Shown: positions 1 through 12,271 of the stretch, piece by piece
How the letters are laid out: each line of letters opens with the position of its first letter
How positions within the stretch are numbered: the first letter of the stretch is position 1
NCBI GenBank assembly: GCA_964016885.1
Contig: OZ024741.1
Location: 189,596,001-189,660,000, forward strand
Direction: 5' to 3'
DNA from: Eledone cirrhosa
Lineage: Eukaryota
Length of the DNA stretch: 64,000 nucleotides
The notes under the pieces: generated by a model
Told to the model about the DNA's origin: nothing
The model's input: the letters and a program-made list of their open reading frames with translations, nothing else
The model's database searches: none
Program-made: the position numbers and the translations under genes

Positions 1-1149
1 CTCGTGGGCCTTCTGGTTCTCCCGTCGTGTACTCACAGCGATGCAACGCCGCCAAACGACACACCGACATTGTTCACTGTGACGCCTCCTAGACGGCCAA
101 TTGCGTCCATGCCCATAACTACACTGATCCCATCCACCACGTTGTTGACTACGATGGCAAAAAGCCTTATTTTCCTTCCCCGTACCGCCATCTCCACCTC
201 GCTGTGACCTCAGCATTCAATTTTCCTGCTGTCGACTGCCCTTACGCTGCTCTTCCCTTTCTACCTCTGCACCACCCCCGCGGTCACCAGTGTCATCATA
301 CATACACCCCGTGCCCATGAGGGCTCACTGTGGCTTTCCCCTCATGAAGACTTCCACCACGGGCAGCGCCTCTACTCGTAAGGGGCAACTACCGGCGCAG
401 TAGTTCCCCTTGGATCGTTTCCCTGGTTGCAGTTAGTAGCGATGTGGCCTGGTCGATTACACCGGTAGCATATTATTTCCGGCCTTGACTCTCTACAGTC
501 TCTCGCCATGTGTGGGCCCTGGCACCTAAAACAGCAACCTCTAAACGTTCGCGGGCAACCTTTCACCATTTCGCTGCCTCCCTTTCACCATTTCGCTGCC
601 AGCTGTCTTGGGCCTCTGTAGTTGGGCCTCTGTAGTTGCTATCGCCGCGACACTCTTCTTGGCATCTTCTGCTATGATGCGGGCTTGCTCCACCAGTGCA
701 CGCATCTCCATTTCTTTGTAACCCGGGACTTGCTGCAGTTTCACCGCTATGTCGTCTGGAAATCCATTTATGAACGCCAACCGCACCATGCGTTCGCATT
801 CCACCTGATATCCAGCCAGCATGGCCAATCACCGTATTCCTGCTGCGAAAATGTCAACACGTTCACCGTTCCATCTAATTCTTGCCAGCTTAGCAAAAGC
901 AGCTAACGGTCCCTCCGCGAATGCTTCCATCATGCGCCTCTCAATCTTTTGCGCATCCCCTTGTCTGTGTTCATCCAACTCAAGGAAGAGTACCAACACG
1001 TCCCCCTCGAGGTACAGTGCCATGAGGCCATCCACATCTTCTATCTTTTGTAAGCTTGCGACCAGCCAGACTTTTCACAGCCAAGCGATAACATCGCCTT
1101 CACCGGCAAATGGGCTAATCGCTTCGCTCGTTCGTAGTCTCGTCGCCAT
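1..1149 (-). mobile_element. Decayed Ty3/Gypsy-like LTR retrotransposon gag-protease region (pseudogenic, runs off the window start)
   Basis: ATG at 1149 (-) reads MATRLRTSEAISPFAGEGDV.. through in-frame stops into ORFs 829-1035 and 541-828. ORF 372-569 has two CCHC-type knuckles (CFRCQGPHMARDC, CYRCNRPGHIATNC). Below 370 the strand reads ALPVVEV..ALMGTGC..VVMGMD, a degenerate retropepsin (DTG to GTG). Small tandem duplications at about 559-635 break the frame. Confidence 0.85.
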
Positions 1150-1450
1150 ATCTTAATTTGTCTTGCGGTACGTTATAAAAAAAAACAACAGACTCCTCTC
1201 TGTTTTTCCAGTAGCTTTGTTTGCGAGAAAGTTTTTTTTTTTTTTTTTTTAATCAGATCTCAGTTTCCAGTGCCGAAATAGCTTGTGGTTAAAAACGCTA
1301 CCTCACTTACCACTTTTCACAGGCGCCGCTAGATCCCATGGCTGGTTTCTCCTCTTCCACGTGCGTACAATCCAACTTGTTAAAACAGGGAGCTGCAAAA
1401 CTCGCGTCCACCACATTCCTGATCACCGCTAGAGAGAGGCCAACCTGCAG

Positions 1451-1520
1451 GCCCTTCCGGTCAAGCACCCTTCTGGCCAAGCACCCTTCTGGTCAAGCAC
1501 TCTTCCGGTCGAGCACTCTC
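1451..1520. repeat. Short tandem repeat (about 17 bp x4) upstream of gag, possibly part of the LTR/UTR
   Basis: cccttccggtcaagca / cccttctggccaagca / cccttctggtcaagca / ctcttccggtcgagca. Confidence 0.7.
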
Positions 1521-2526
1521 CAGCTTCCGGCCACCGCACACCACACCATACCCACACAGCAAAAACCATTCATCTCCTCTCAAGTAGCTCAACAATTTCA
1601 CCTGGTCTTCCTTTCAGAGTGCCCACATTGAGAGTGGCAGCCTGGAGATATGTTACCTGACAGTGAGGGTTGGGTTGACCTCATGAAGTAGAGTATCTTT
1701 CTATACCTGAAAGGGAATACAAGCATGCAATTGCTTGATGACAGTTAAGAGGTTCTCACACATGGCTAGGTTAGCCAACCTTCTAACATGTGCAGCACTG
1801 ACATGACTAGTCTTATTTGTTCGAAGTGACTGCTCTCCTAGACAGGCTGCCTTCTATGTGGTTTATGGAGCCTTATTTGTTCTGAGTGATTCCTCTCCTA
1901 GACAGGCTGCCTTCTTATTTATTTGGAGTGACAGCAGAGTCTCACATAATAATTTCATCAGAAATTATTGCGACAATTCAAAAACAAAAGCTCCCTTTAA
2001 GGGTGCTCAAATCTGAAAAGTAGCAAGCAGGGGAGAATACTCTTAAAATATTAGCTGATTGAAATTTGGGTGAAAATTTAGATAATGCTGTTAGAAATAG
2101 GCCACGTGTGAGTTGAGAGAGATTTGGTTATTTCTAGCAGGAGGTTCAGTAACCACATAGAGGCTCTCATGTTGTCTCGTGGTGATGATAATGAAGAAGA
2201 GGAGGATGGATATGTCAATGGTAGTGATGATGATAAAGAGGATAATGTTGGTAATAATGTAGAGAATCAAAATGCTGTGATAGAACAAAAGGTGGCAGTG
2301 GGGGAGGAGGAAGAGAAACATGAGAAGGAAGAGACATGTTCTGATGATGGAAAGAAAATTAAAAAAATATACTCGATGAATGTTTCCATGGAAACTAAAT
2401 TAATATCTGTGTCCAGTTGAGTTTTTACTAATAATTACATAATAATGTGTACTTCTTCTTTCTGTTATTCATTCCATCCTTCCTACCTCTTTCTTCTATT
2501 AAAAGCAAAGCATTATGTTTTAATCA

Positions 2527-2715
2527 AGGGCGGTGAATTGGCAGTATCAGTAGAGGGTCGGACGCCATGCTTTGACGCATAGAGTTACGGCCCTTGCCAT
2601 TCTGAGTTCAAATCCCGCCGAGGTTAACTTTACCTTTCATCCTTACAGGATCGATAAAATAAAGTACCAGTAATGTACTGGGTAATTGCTGGCTTTGTGC
2701 CAAAAAGTAGAAACA
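2527..2715 (+). mobile_element. tRNA-derived SINE, family A, full copy with 15-bp TSD
   Basis: A-box-like TGGCAGTATCAGTAG and B-box GAGTTCAAATCCC. TSD ATTATGTTTTAATCA at 2512-2526 and 2716-2730. More than 15 related full or partial copies in the window. Confidence 0.9.
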
Positions 2716-2744
2716 ATTATGTTTTAATCATTGATAAATGCCTT

Positions 2745-3062
2745 AAACCTCAATTAGTAGGGTCCCAATAAGCCCTACTTACTGGGGTCCCAGAAGGCTC
2801 TCAGCAAACACTAATTACTGAGTTCCTGATAAACCTTAATTACTGGGTTCACAGTAAAATCTAATTACAGGGATACCAGTAAACCCTAATTACTAGGGTG
2901 TCAGTAAACTCTAATCACTGATGCACCACCAAACCCTTATTACTGGGCTCACAGTAAACCTTAATTACAGAGATACCAGTAAACCCTAATTACTGTGCTC
3001 CACTAAAACCTAATTAGTGAGTCCTCAGTAAACCTTAATTACAGGGGTGCCCACAAAAACCC
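2745..3062. repeat. Degenerate 25-bp minisatellite (taaaccctaattactgggN..)
   Basis: aaaccc/ttaat motif recurs at 2881, 2906, 2931, 2956, 2981. Confidence 0.8.
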
Positions 3063-3241
3063 TGATGATTTGTATTGGCAAAAAAATAAAAAAGACAAAA
3101 ACATAGATGCAGGCATGACTGTATGATTAAGATGTTTACTCATGTTTTGTAGCATCTTGTGCAAGTGTCTCTTACTATAGCCTTGAGTTGATCAATACCT
3201 TGTGAGTGAAATTTTGGTAGACAGAAACTGTAGACACCCAT

Positions 3242-3245
<4 letters not shown>

Positions 3246-3313
<68 letters not shown>
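3246..3313. repeat. (CT)n microsatellite following a degraded SINE fragment (about 3105-3243)
   Basis: Direct reading. Confidence 0.95.
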
Positions 3314-3316
<3 letters not shown>

Positions 3317-3548
3317 ATATATATATATAAATATAGATATAGATATACATATGTGTGTGGGTCCCGGATTCAATCGAGTAAATAAAGTACTGATAATTTC
3401 TTACAAATGAAACAGTGCTAGTCCTGTAGAAACCAATTCTATATTAAATGTTATATATATATATATATATTTGTCTGTCTAGCTTATACTCCCATAAATA
3501 GAGTTTTTCTCACTTAAATTTAATATGTAACACACACACACATATATA

Positions 3549-3999
3549 TCATCATCATCATCATCAGGTTTAGCGTCCGTGTTCCACGCTTGCATGGGTT
3601 TGGACGGGGGTTTTCCCACTTGAGGCAAGAGTAGTTGTCTTGCTCGCATAGGACTGTCTGGCGGGTTTTCTACAGTTGGATGCCCTTCCTAACACCAACC
3701 ACATTTACAGTGTGGGGCTGGGAGGTTTTTACCGTGTTGCCTACACGGCCACATTACAGCGTGGACTGTCTGGCGGGTTTTCTACAGCTGGATGCCCTTC
3801 CTAACACCAACCACATTTACAGTGTGGGACTGGGAGGTTTTTACCGTGTTGCCTACACGGCCACATTTACAGCGTGGACTGTGTGTTTTTTGTCGTGACA
3901 CCTACACGATCTCATTTGTTTCGGCCTGGATGTTGTGGGACCAACATAACTTTACATTGAAAGGGGCGGTGTGGGTGGGGTGGAGGTGGTGGGACGGGG

Positions 4000-4002
<3 letters not shown>
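3549..4002 (-). mobile_element. RTE LINE 3'UTR-only copy with (GAT)n tail and an internal duplication
   Basis: Reverse complement of the 3'UTR at about 27930-28282. The segment at about 3650-3770 is duplicated at about 3770-3885. Confidence 0.9.
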
Positions 4003-4049
<47 letters not shown>

Positions 4050-4566
4050 TTTAAGTGAGAAAAACTCTATTTATGGGAGTATAAGCTAGACAGACAAAAA
4101 TAAATATTTTAGTTATATAAAGATCTCCCTACCATGGTTTTGTTTGTGGAAGAAATTTATTGAAAATATCAATAATTGAAGAATTCGCAATACTCTTTAG
4201 GGGAGTTTAATTCTTCAAAACTAAAAGGCTATTGACCAAGAAATTATACATACTGTTTCAATTGCCGAGGCAGCATGCTGTAATATTAATTCACTGAGTG
4301 ATATCTTATCTATATATATGTTATCCACTCATTGAGATGTTTAATTAACCTTTAATTAATATTAAACTTCTCCTTAATTTGTTGAGTTGTATCAGACAAT
4401 CTTTTGGCTGCTGTTTCTAGTGACATTATAAGCCTGTTGCATAGTCCTAATATGTTAAGAGAGATTTGATCATTTAATAGTTCAACAACACGTGTGTTTT
4501 TGGAGGAGGAGAAGAAGATATTAGGCAGACACACAGGAAAGGAAAACTATGTATATTCAGGGTAAA

Positions 4567-4786
4567 CCCTTTAGCATTCACATTATTTTATATATACTAT
4601 TATATGTTCATGGTAAAGGCTTTACCGCACATAATTATCTCACATAATATCGAGTCTATGAGATTTTGAAAGTATTTATTTTGAGAACAATACCTTAACA
4701 TCAGTTTGAGCGACCAGTTACAGCCAGTTTCAACAGAAAGAGATAGAGAATTCTGGCCGGTTTTGACCGGTTTGAACATTAAAGGG
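4567..4786. mobile_element. piggyBac-like MITE
   Basis: Termini CCCTTTAGCATT..TAAAGGG in a TAAA/TTAA context. Same family as 23017, 23443, 24812 and 36044. Confidence 0.75.
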
Positions 4787-4829
4787 TTAATTGTTAGTAA
4801 AAGTGCATATAAACTTTTTCCAACCCCAA

Positions 4830-5170
4830 ACGGATCCATATGAGTGGTTGATAGTTTCTGCTACCTAGGTTATATAATTAACAGTGGATGAAGGTGCTCT
4901 GGGAGCATAGTAGCTAGAATAAGGACAGAATGGAAGATGTTTAGGTTTCTCTCTATGAATGAAAAGTCAGCTGTATGTTACCTCTGTGTGAAGTGTGATG
5001 CTGCATGATAATGAGATATGAGCAGTGAATGTAGAGGATATGGGAAAGCTGGTGAGAAATGAAGCAAACCTGCTGTACGGTGTTTATGTGCAAGAATGAC
5101 AAAGCATTGATTAACTGAGAGAGAAATTGGGTATAAGAAGAATCAGATATAGTATCACATGTGCAAGACT
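4830..5170 (+). mobile_element. Highly degraded RTE LINE ORF fragment
   Basis: Colinear similarity to about 27320-27700 (VVDSF.YLG, VARIRT.W, MLH..E.W). Confidence 0.7.
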
Positions 5171-5174
5171 GGAG

Positions 5175-5497
5175 CTAAAGGAGAGTGAGGCACTTCCCCC
5201 TGGAGCAGATACAAACTCTGCAGTGTAGAAATGCCTTAACAGACTAAGATCTGGTGTTGGACATGCAAAAGTCATTCTTGAAAAATGGGGATATTTAAAG
5301 GATGGGACATTGTTTGTGGCTGCAGCATCGAAACAGATTATGCAGCACCTCCTGATATGCCCCCTGCTGAAACACCCCTGCACAGCATTGGACTTGGCAG
5401 AGTTTAATGAGAAAGGACAGCAATGTGTTCAGCTGTGGCAGGTCTACATCTAGCCAAACTTTGTGACTGACACTCTTGTGGACACGACAAGAAGAAG
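5175..5497 (+). mobile_element. 3' end of a Vingi/Ingi-like LINE
   Basis: Reads CLNRLRSGVG..KWGYLKD..QIMQHLLICPLL..CT..DL, a C-terminal Cys/His motif, followed by the tail GGACACGACAAGAAGAAG. Clade call is from recall of Vingi 3' ends. An inverted copy lies at about 6205-6419. Confidence 0.65.
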
Positions 5498-6421
5498 GAA
5501 TCGGGAAAAGATATCTGAGTTTTTATGTTTTTATGACATTGAAAATAGGAATGTATAAATTCCATTTATCTGACCCATATGTCTTTAAAATATTTCTCAT
5601 ACCAAATATGTAATTGATTCTGTTTAATTGCGTGTTAGATAATTACGTGATTTGGTTAATTACATAATTATATTTATTGAAGAATGTTCTTACACAATTA
5701 AAATAAAATAAGAATACTCTGAAATCTGAACATTGATGGTCTTTAATTCCTTGAAATGGTAAACAGAGAGAGAATATATCTAACTTATTTGATATCATTT
5801 GTTTGTAAACATGAAGTACTGACTACTTTCATTTTAATTCTTTATGGAAATGGAAGCTTCCAGAATCACTCTATTCATATTAAATCAAATAAATGTCCAA
5901 TTTTATTCTGTATTTCATCAATTGTTCAGACAATGTCAGAAAAAAATTTATACAATTAATCAAAATTGACATTACTCGCATATGCCAATCAATTTTATAT
6001 AGATTTGGTGCTAAACAGTTCAGTGTTTTGAAAAGTTATGTAATTAACCAAATCATGTAATTATCTAACACGCAATTAAACAGAATCAATTACATATTTG
6101 GATTGAGAAATATTTTAAAGACATATGGGTCAGATAAATGGAATTATACATTCCTATTTTCAATGTCATAAAAACATAAAAACTCAGATATCTTTTCCCG
6201 ATTCTTCTTCTTGTCGTGTCCACAAGAGTGTCAGTTACAAAGCTTGGCTAGATGTAGACCTGCCACAGCTGAACACATTGCTGTCCTTTCTCATTAAACT
6301 CTGCCAAGTCCAATGCTGTGCAGGGGTGTTTCAGTAGGGGGCATATCAGGAGGTGCTGCATAATCTGTGGTTCGATGCTGCAGACACACACAACGTCCGC
6401 ATCCTTTAAATATCCCCATAT

Positions 6422-6975
6422 ATCATCAACATCATCATCATCGTTTTGCATCCATTTTTCCACGTTAGCATGGGTTAGACAAGTTGTCCTGTTGTTGGCA
6501 ATGCCAGGTCAAGTGACCACGTCTTGCTCATACACAACTGATTTTGGCTTGATTTCTACAGCTGGATACCCTTCCTAATGCCAACCTCATTTAGAGTGAG
6601 TACTGGGTGCTTTTTGTTGTGACGCTTACATGACCACTTTACAGTGTGGACTGGGTGCCTTTTGTCATGACACCTACATGACCACTTTACAGTATGGACT
6701 GGGTGATTTTTGTCATGACATCTACACAACCACTTTACGGTGGGAGGTGGCATGGGGGCATACTGAATATATGCTTCAGCTTCAGCCTGTACCCGTGGGA
6801 AGCCAGGTCTTCTGTGCCAGAGATCTCGGTCCTGTGTCATCGCCTTTGAGAGGTGCAATTGGGCAAGGTCAGCTTTTATCACCTCATCCCAGGTCTTGGG
6901 TCTCCCCACTCCAAGGCTTCCATCGACTTTGAGTGTTCTGCACCTTTTTATGCAGCTGTCATCCTTCATCCGCAT
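6422..6975 (-). mobile_element. RTE LINE 3' end, diverged subfamily, with about 39-bp tandem units in the 3'UTR
   Basis: ORF 6556-6975 begins MRMKDDSCIKRCRTLKVDGS.GVGRPKTWDEVI, homologous to the C-terminus of 26789-27925. (GAT)n tail at about 6422-6442. Confidence 0.85.
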
Positions 6976-7065
6976 TCATTGTAAATGAAATTTGTAAAAC
7001 CTAGTTTTGAATGAAACTGAATGGCTGCTATTTCATTGTTATCATTATTAATACATAAACCAGGT

Positions 7066-7280
7066 CAGAGGATTGGCAAAGTCAGTAGGGAATCAGAAAA
7101 AATGCTTTGTAGCATTTAGTTATGGCCCTTTACATTCTAAGTTCAAATTCCAATGATGCTAGCTTTATCTTTCATCCTTTGGGATAGATAAAATAAAGAA
7201 CCAGATAAGAACTGTGGTTGATATAACTGACTTTCCCCTTCCCACAGATTGCTGACCTTGTGCCTAAAGTTGAAAGAATT
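7066..7280 (+). mobile_element. SINE family A, degraded
   Basis: Similarity to 2527-2715. Confidence 0.7.
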
Positions 7281-9331
7281 AAGAATACATTAACCTGTAA
7301 TTGATTCAATTAAAGTTATCTAAATGGTCCAGATGTTATCATTTAATAAATCAAAGTGTGTGAAAGTCGTTGGCTGGACACATGAATCTAGCTAAGCTTT
7401 GATAATTGAAGAATATTCATACCTGTGTAATTATTTCTAGCGCTGACGTTAAACCATATTTAGGGGTAAAATACCTAGAACAAATGGCTAATAGATTAAA
7501 ATTTTGATTTGGTTCAGTCTCCTAAGCTTTGGTATATGTTTTTTAATACTCAGCCAGTCCTCTGACCCTTTATTTTTACGGGGTCTCTATGACTGGTAAA
7601 AAGGAGTGAGGAAGATATCATTAAACCCAAAACACTTGCTACAGAATAGTCAACCAAAGATGTTAAACCAAGCCACAGATTACATCTACCCTCCAAGTTG
7701 GCTATGCCAAGATTTGAACACAAAATGCCTAGGAGCCAAAATAAATACCAAAACACATCTTGCCAATCGACTGCATTTGACTGGTACTATATTTTATCGA
7801 CACCAGAAGGGTGAAAGTAGAACTTTACAGTGAAACTATTTGGTAATACCAGTGTATCATGGATGATATTGTTAGAATGTCTCATTCTTATTCATTTACT
7901 GCAGCTATATGAATTGAAATGGACAGAGGAATAAAGTGTCTCTACCCTAAAATACAACAAAACATCATCTGATATTTAAACACTGGTTATCTCACCACTT
8001 TATTTGACTGCAAGACTGCAAATTCTAAACAGTCATTTCTCTTTCTGAAATCAATAGACCAAAGTGCAACAAATTACTTCCTGAGGTGAAATTTGAGCCC
8101 CTAACCTATGAATCCACTTGGTTATCTTACCTAGGGCCTCAATAAGTAGTCTCTTTTGGAGTATGAAGTTTCTTTCTAAATTCTAAATTCTTCCTCAACT
8201 GTGAATGTTCATCTTCAATATATGTAAATATTTTTAACTGCTTCCTTTTTGTGCTGATTACCATCAAGACCTCTGGTGCCCTCAGTCCTTGATCTACTAT
8301 TTACTGCCATAAAATTGGGAATCATGCATCCTACTTGAGAAAGGAACCATGTGAAGTAGGGTGGCTGATTAAGCAGGTATTGCTAGCTGTTTTCTGTGGC
8401 AATGCCTTCACTATTTTGTCTGTGAGACACAGATGAAACATGCCACCTAGACTAGGGTGTAGAGTCTGTGGCCCTCTCCTCTTTCATAAACTTCCATTAT
8501 TTAATTTTTTTTCTCATTCTTTTTTTTTTTACATATGCAGACATTATATAATCCAATTGAAATTTGTTGAATAAATTTTCCTGGTTTTCTGAAATCTCAA
8601 GAAATTTCCAGGCTCAAGTGTGCTTTTCTCAAATTCCAAAAAAACCATTGTTTTTCTGAGATAAAGAAACAGAATAGAGCACAACAAAACATTGCCTGCA
8701 CAGAAAATTGAACTCCTGTCTCTGAAACCAATCAGTTATTCCACTCGAACAGCCCAGTCTATTTCTGAGATTCAAAATTTCTCGTCTTTCAAACCAACCA
8801 TTAATTATGTACATCTTTCATATGTCTGTTATGTTCAATATTGATATTTTCTGTCCAACGTAGCAGTCAGTGTGTGAAGTATCATTACAGAGTTGTTATT
8901 TTCCACTGATGACAATCAATATTTTCAAATGTCAACTTGATATAAACATAAGTGACTGAAAGAGATTCCAACTATTGTTTTGTTTTGCTAAAATACCACT
9001 GCTAATTAAGTAAAATTCTTTATAATAATATTTTAATGCCATAATTATAGAGGCTTACATTATCTCTCTACTTATAGAATGCTGGAGAAAATGTTTAGTA
9101 ATGTCACATTATGTTCTAAGTGAGTTCAAATTACACCTGGCTTAATTGATTTTGTCTGTCATCTATTCAGAGGTTTATGAGATAATAAAATGTACCAGTA
9201 ATATGCAGGGATCAGAATAAATCAACAACATGACTTCCCAAATGTTTGTGGCTTTGCTTTTTATTTTATATCTATATTTAGTGTGTATATTTACCATAAT
9301 TAGGGTGTGTATTTACAATATTTAGAGTGTA

Positions 9332-9770
9332 TATCTCTATCTCTCTAGGGCGGGTAAAATTCCCAAGATCCATGGACGAGTTCTCTCCAGCGGTCTCTGT
9401 CCCTCATTATTTCTACCATGTCCTGCGCCTCCAACAGACCAGTGTCTGTCCATAGGGAATCAACATACATTAACCTTGGTCTTCCTCTTCCAGTGTGTCC
9501 ATGTAGGGGCTCCCACAGGAGCACTGAGTGCAAATCTGATGTCAAATCTGGATGTCGGTGAGCATGTCCAGCTAACCTCAGTCTTCTCTGTGTCACTTTT
9601 GAGCTGACTTTTGGGAGGCTCCCATACAGCTCTGAGTTTTTCATCCTCAGTATATACTGATTAATGTTCAGAGCCATCCTCAGCATTCTCGTGTAGCACC
9701 CATCCACCATCTGAGTGAGTTTCTTGGTCAGTGTCCAAGTCTCAGACCCGTACAACAGCACAGAGTGTAT
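9332..9770 (-). mobile_element. RTE-clade LINE 3' fragment
   Basis: SVLLYGSETWTL..RMLRMALN..RLRLAGH..GRGRPR..DRDRWR. Confidence 0.9.
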
Positions 9771-10024
9771 ATTCACAATATATAATATGTATATTTACAA
9801 TATTTAAGTAAATGGTGGGAGGGAAAGAGAAGGAGGAGGGAAATAGTGGTAGTGGTTTCAGTGGAGATGTTGGTGGTATGTATATATTGAAAGTGTTTGA
9901 TGGTGATCTGTCAAATGGTATGGCTATGTAATAAAAGATCACTTTGCAATCATGTAGTTCCAAATTCAATCCCACTTGAGCAAATAACTTCTACCATAGC
10001 CTCAGATTAACCTTAACCTTATAT

Positions 10025-10209
10025 CAGAGTTTTCCAAACTTTTTCTAATGTGGAACCCTTTTTGGTTCAGAAACTTTTGGAGGGAACCCCAAATTCTAAT
10101 AATGTTATATGGTTGTAATATAAATATATTCCTCTACCTTTTTTCATGGAACCCGAGACACTCCTTTGTGGAATCCTTGGGTTCCGCTGAACCACTTTGG
10201 GAACCACTA
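10025..10209. mobile_element. hAT (Charlie-like) MITE
   Basis: TIRs CAGAGTTTTCCAAA / TTTGGGAACCACTA. 8-bp TSD CCTTATAT (10017-10024) / CCTTAGAT (10210-10217). Confidence 0.8.
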
Positions 10210-11189
10210 CCTTAGATCAATCATAGTCATGCTTTAACCATAGCCTCAGATCAAACATGGCCTTGGTCCACTGAAACTATGTGGAATCCTTGGGTTCCGC
10301 TGAACCACTTTGGGAACCACTACCTTAGATCAATCATAGTCATGCTTTAACCATAGCCTCAGATCAAACATGGCCTTGGTCCACTGAAACTATGTGGAAT
10401 CCTTGGGTTCCGCTGAACCCCTTTGGGAACCACTACCTTAGATCAATCATAGTCATGCTTTAACCATAGCCTCAGATCAAACATAGCCTTGGTCCACTGA
10501 AACTATGTGGAATCCTTGGGTTCCGCTGAACCCCTTTGGGAACCACTACCTTAGATCAATCATAGTCATGCTTTAACCATAGCCTCAGATCAAACATGGC
10601 CTTGGTCCACTGAAACTATGTGGAATCCTTGGGTTCCGCTGAACCCCTTTGGGAACCACTACCTTAGATCAATCATAGTCATGCTTTAACCATAGCCTCA
10701 GATCAAACATAGCCTTGGTCCACTGAAACTATGTGGAATCCTTGGGTTCCGCTGAACCCCTTTGGGAACCACTACCTTAGATCAATCATAGTCATGCTTT
10801 AACCATAGCCTCAGATCAAACATGGCCTTGGTCCACTGAAACTATGTGGAATCCTTGGGTTCCGCTGAACCCCTTTGGGAACCACTACCTTAGATCAATC
10901 ATAGTCATGCTTTAACCATAGCCTCAGATCAAACATGGCCTTGGTCCACTGAAACTATGTGGAATCCTTGGGTTCCGCTGAACCACTTTGGGAACCACTA
11001 CCTTAGATCAATCATAGTCATGCTTTAACCATAGCCTCAGATCAAACATGGCCTTGGTCCACTGAAACTATGTGGAATCCTTGGGTTCCGCTGAACCCCT
11101 TTGGGAACCACTACCTTAGATCAATCATAGTCATGCTTTAACCATAGCCTCAGATCAAACATGGCCTTGGTCCACTGAAACTATGTGGA
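10167..11189. repeat. 113-bp tandem array, 9 near-identical units
   Basis: gtggaatcc starts at 10168, 10281, 10394 ... 11072. Units differ only at a couple of positions (acc[a/c]ctt, cat[g/a]gcc). Confidence 0.97.
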
Positions 11190-12203
11190 AACTTGGAGGA
11201 GGATGGGAACCCTTTCTTGTGTGGTAGGCATAATCCATCACCACTGGTGTTGGAATGTTTCACAGTGTCCACTGTGTTTGCTCTAAGGAAACATCATCTA
11301 CTCCTCCCTGCAGTCTCCAGAGCCTTGAAAATGGTCATGAGCTCTATCCATCTCCTTCTGAATAAGTGATAAGATAAATGAATAAAAATAACCAGCATGT
11401 AAACACTAATGAACCTATTGGTGCTAGCAGTAAAACAAATGATTGGAGGTCCAGATGAGGCCCAGTAAAACAAATGATTGGAGTGAAGTAATTATTGAGT
11501 GATACTTGAGTGTTAGATGAGAAACAGTTGAATGATAGATGAGAGATAGTTGAGTGATAATTGAATGAGAGATGAGTCAGTTTTATTTGTTCATGCCCAC
11601 CCCCCTCCCCTTCACCAACAAGACTGGTGAACTAAGGGATTGTTGAATGATACTTGAGTGTTAGAAGTGAAACAACTGGGTGATAGTTGAGAGATAGTTT
11701 AATGATAATTGAGTGAAAGTGTTTGTTTCTTTTCAGGCCCTCCAAGAGGAAGGGAGGAAGTTATCCTTAAACTGGAGAACTAGCCCAAATCTTTGTAACA
11801 GAGTGAACTCTGATAGAGTCCCCAAGAATCAGGTGATGGTGTTCAAATAAATAATGGATTAAGTCTTTTACCTAATCAACATTATAAATCCTAAGACATG
11901 GATTGGCCTTGTGGATCCTTGGGGAAGGAGAGGGATAGTCTTATATGTGACACTTGAATGACTCTTAAATGCAATGAACCTTCATCAATTTTGACGATAA
12001 GTGTTCCAGCTGGTTGATAAAAATGAAAGAAGCTGAGCATTCTACAGATACACATGTCTTTAACGTGATTCTCAAGGAGATTCAGCATGACACAGTAAAC
12101 TTAAATAGTACTCCAGTAACAACAGTTACTCATAACCCTTCCTCAATCTGCAACAAAAGATTACACCTGAAACATTACACAGTTTACCAATTGTTTCATG
12201 CTG

Positions 12204-12234
<31 letters not shown>

Positions 12235-12271
12235 CATACATACATACATACATACATACATACATACATAC

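Noticed and set aside
2124-2420. Acidic 98-aa ORF
   Set aside because: Low-complexity GA/GAT-rich sequence with no domain or splice support
2527-2620. tRNA genes at A/B-box motifs
   Set aside because: No cloverleaf; these are SINE heads followed by a shared body and TSDs
10167-11189. CRISPR-like array
   Set aside because: Whole 113-bp units are near-identical with no unique spacers; eukaryotic context and no cas genes
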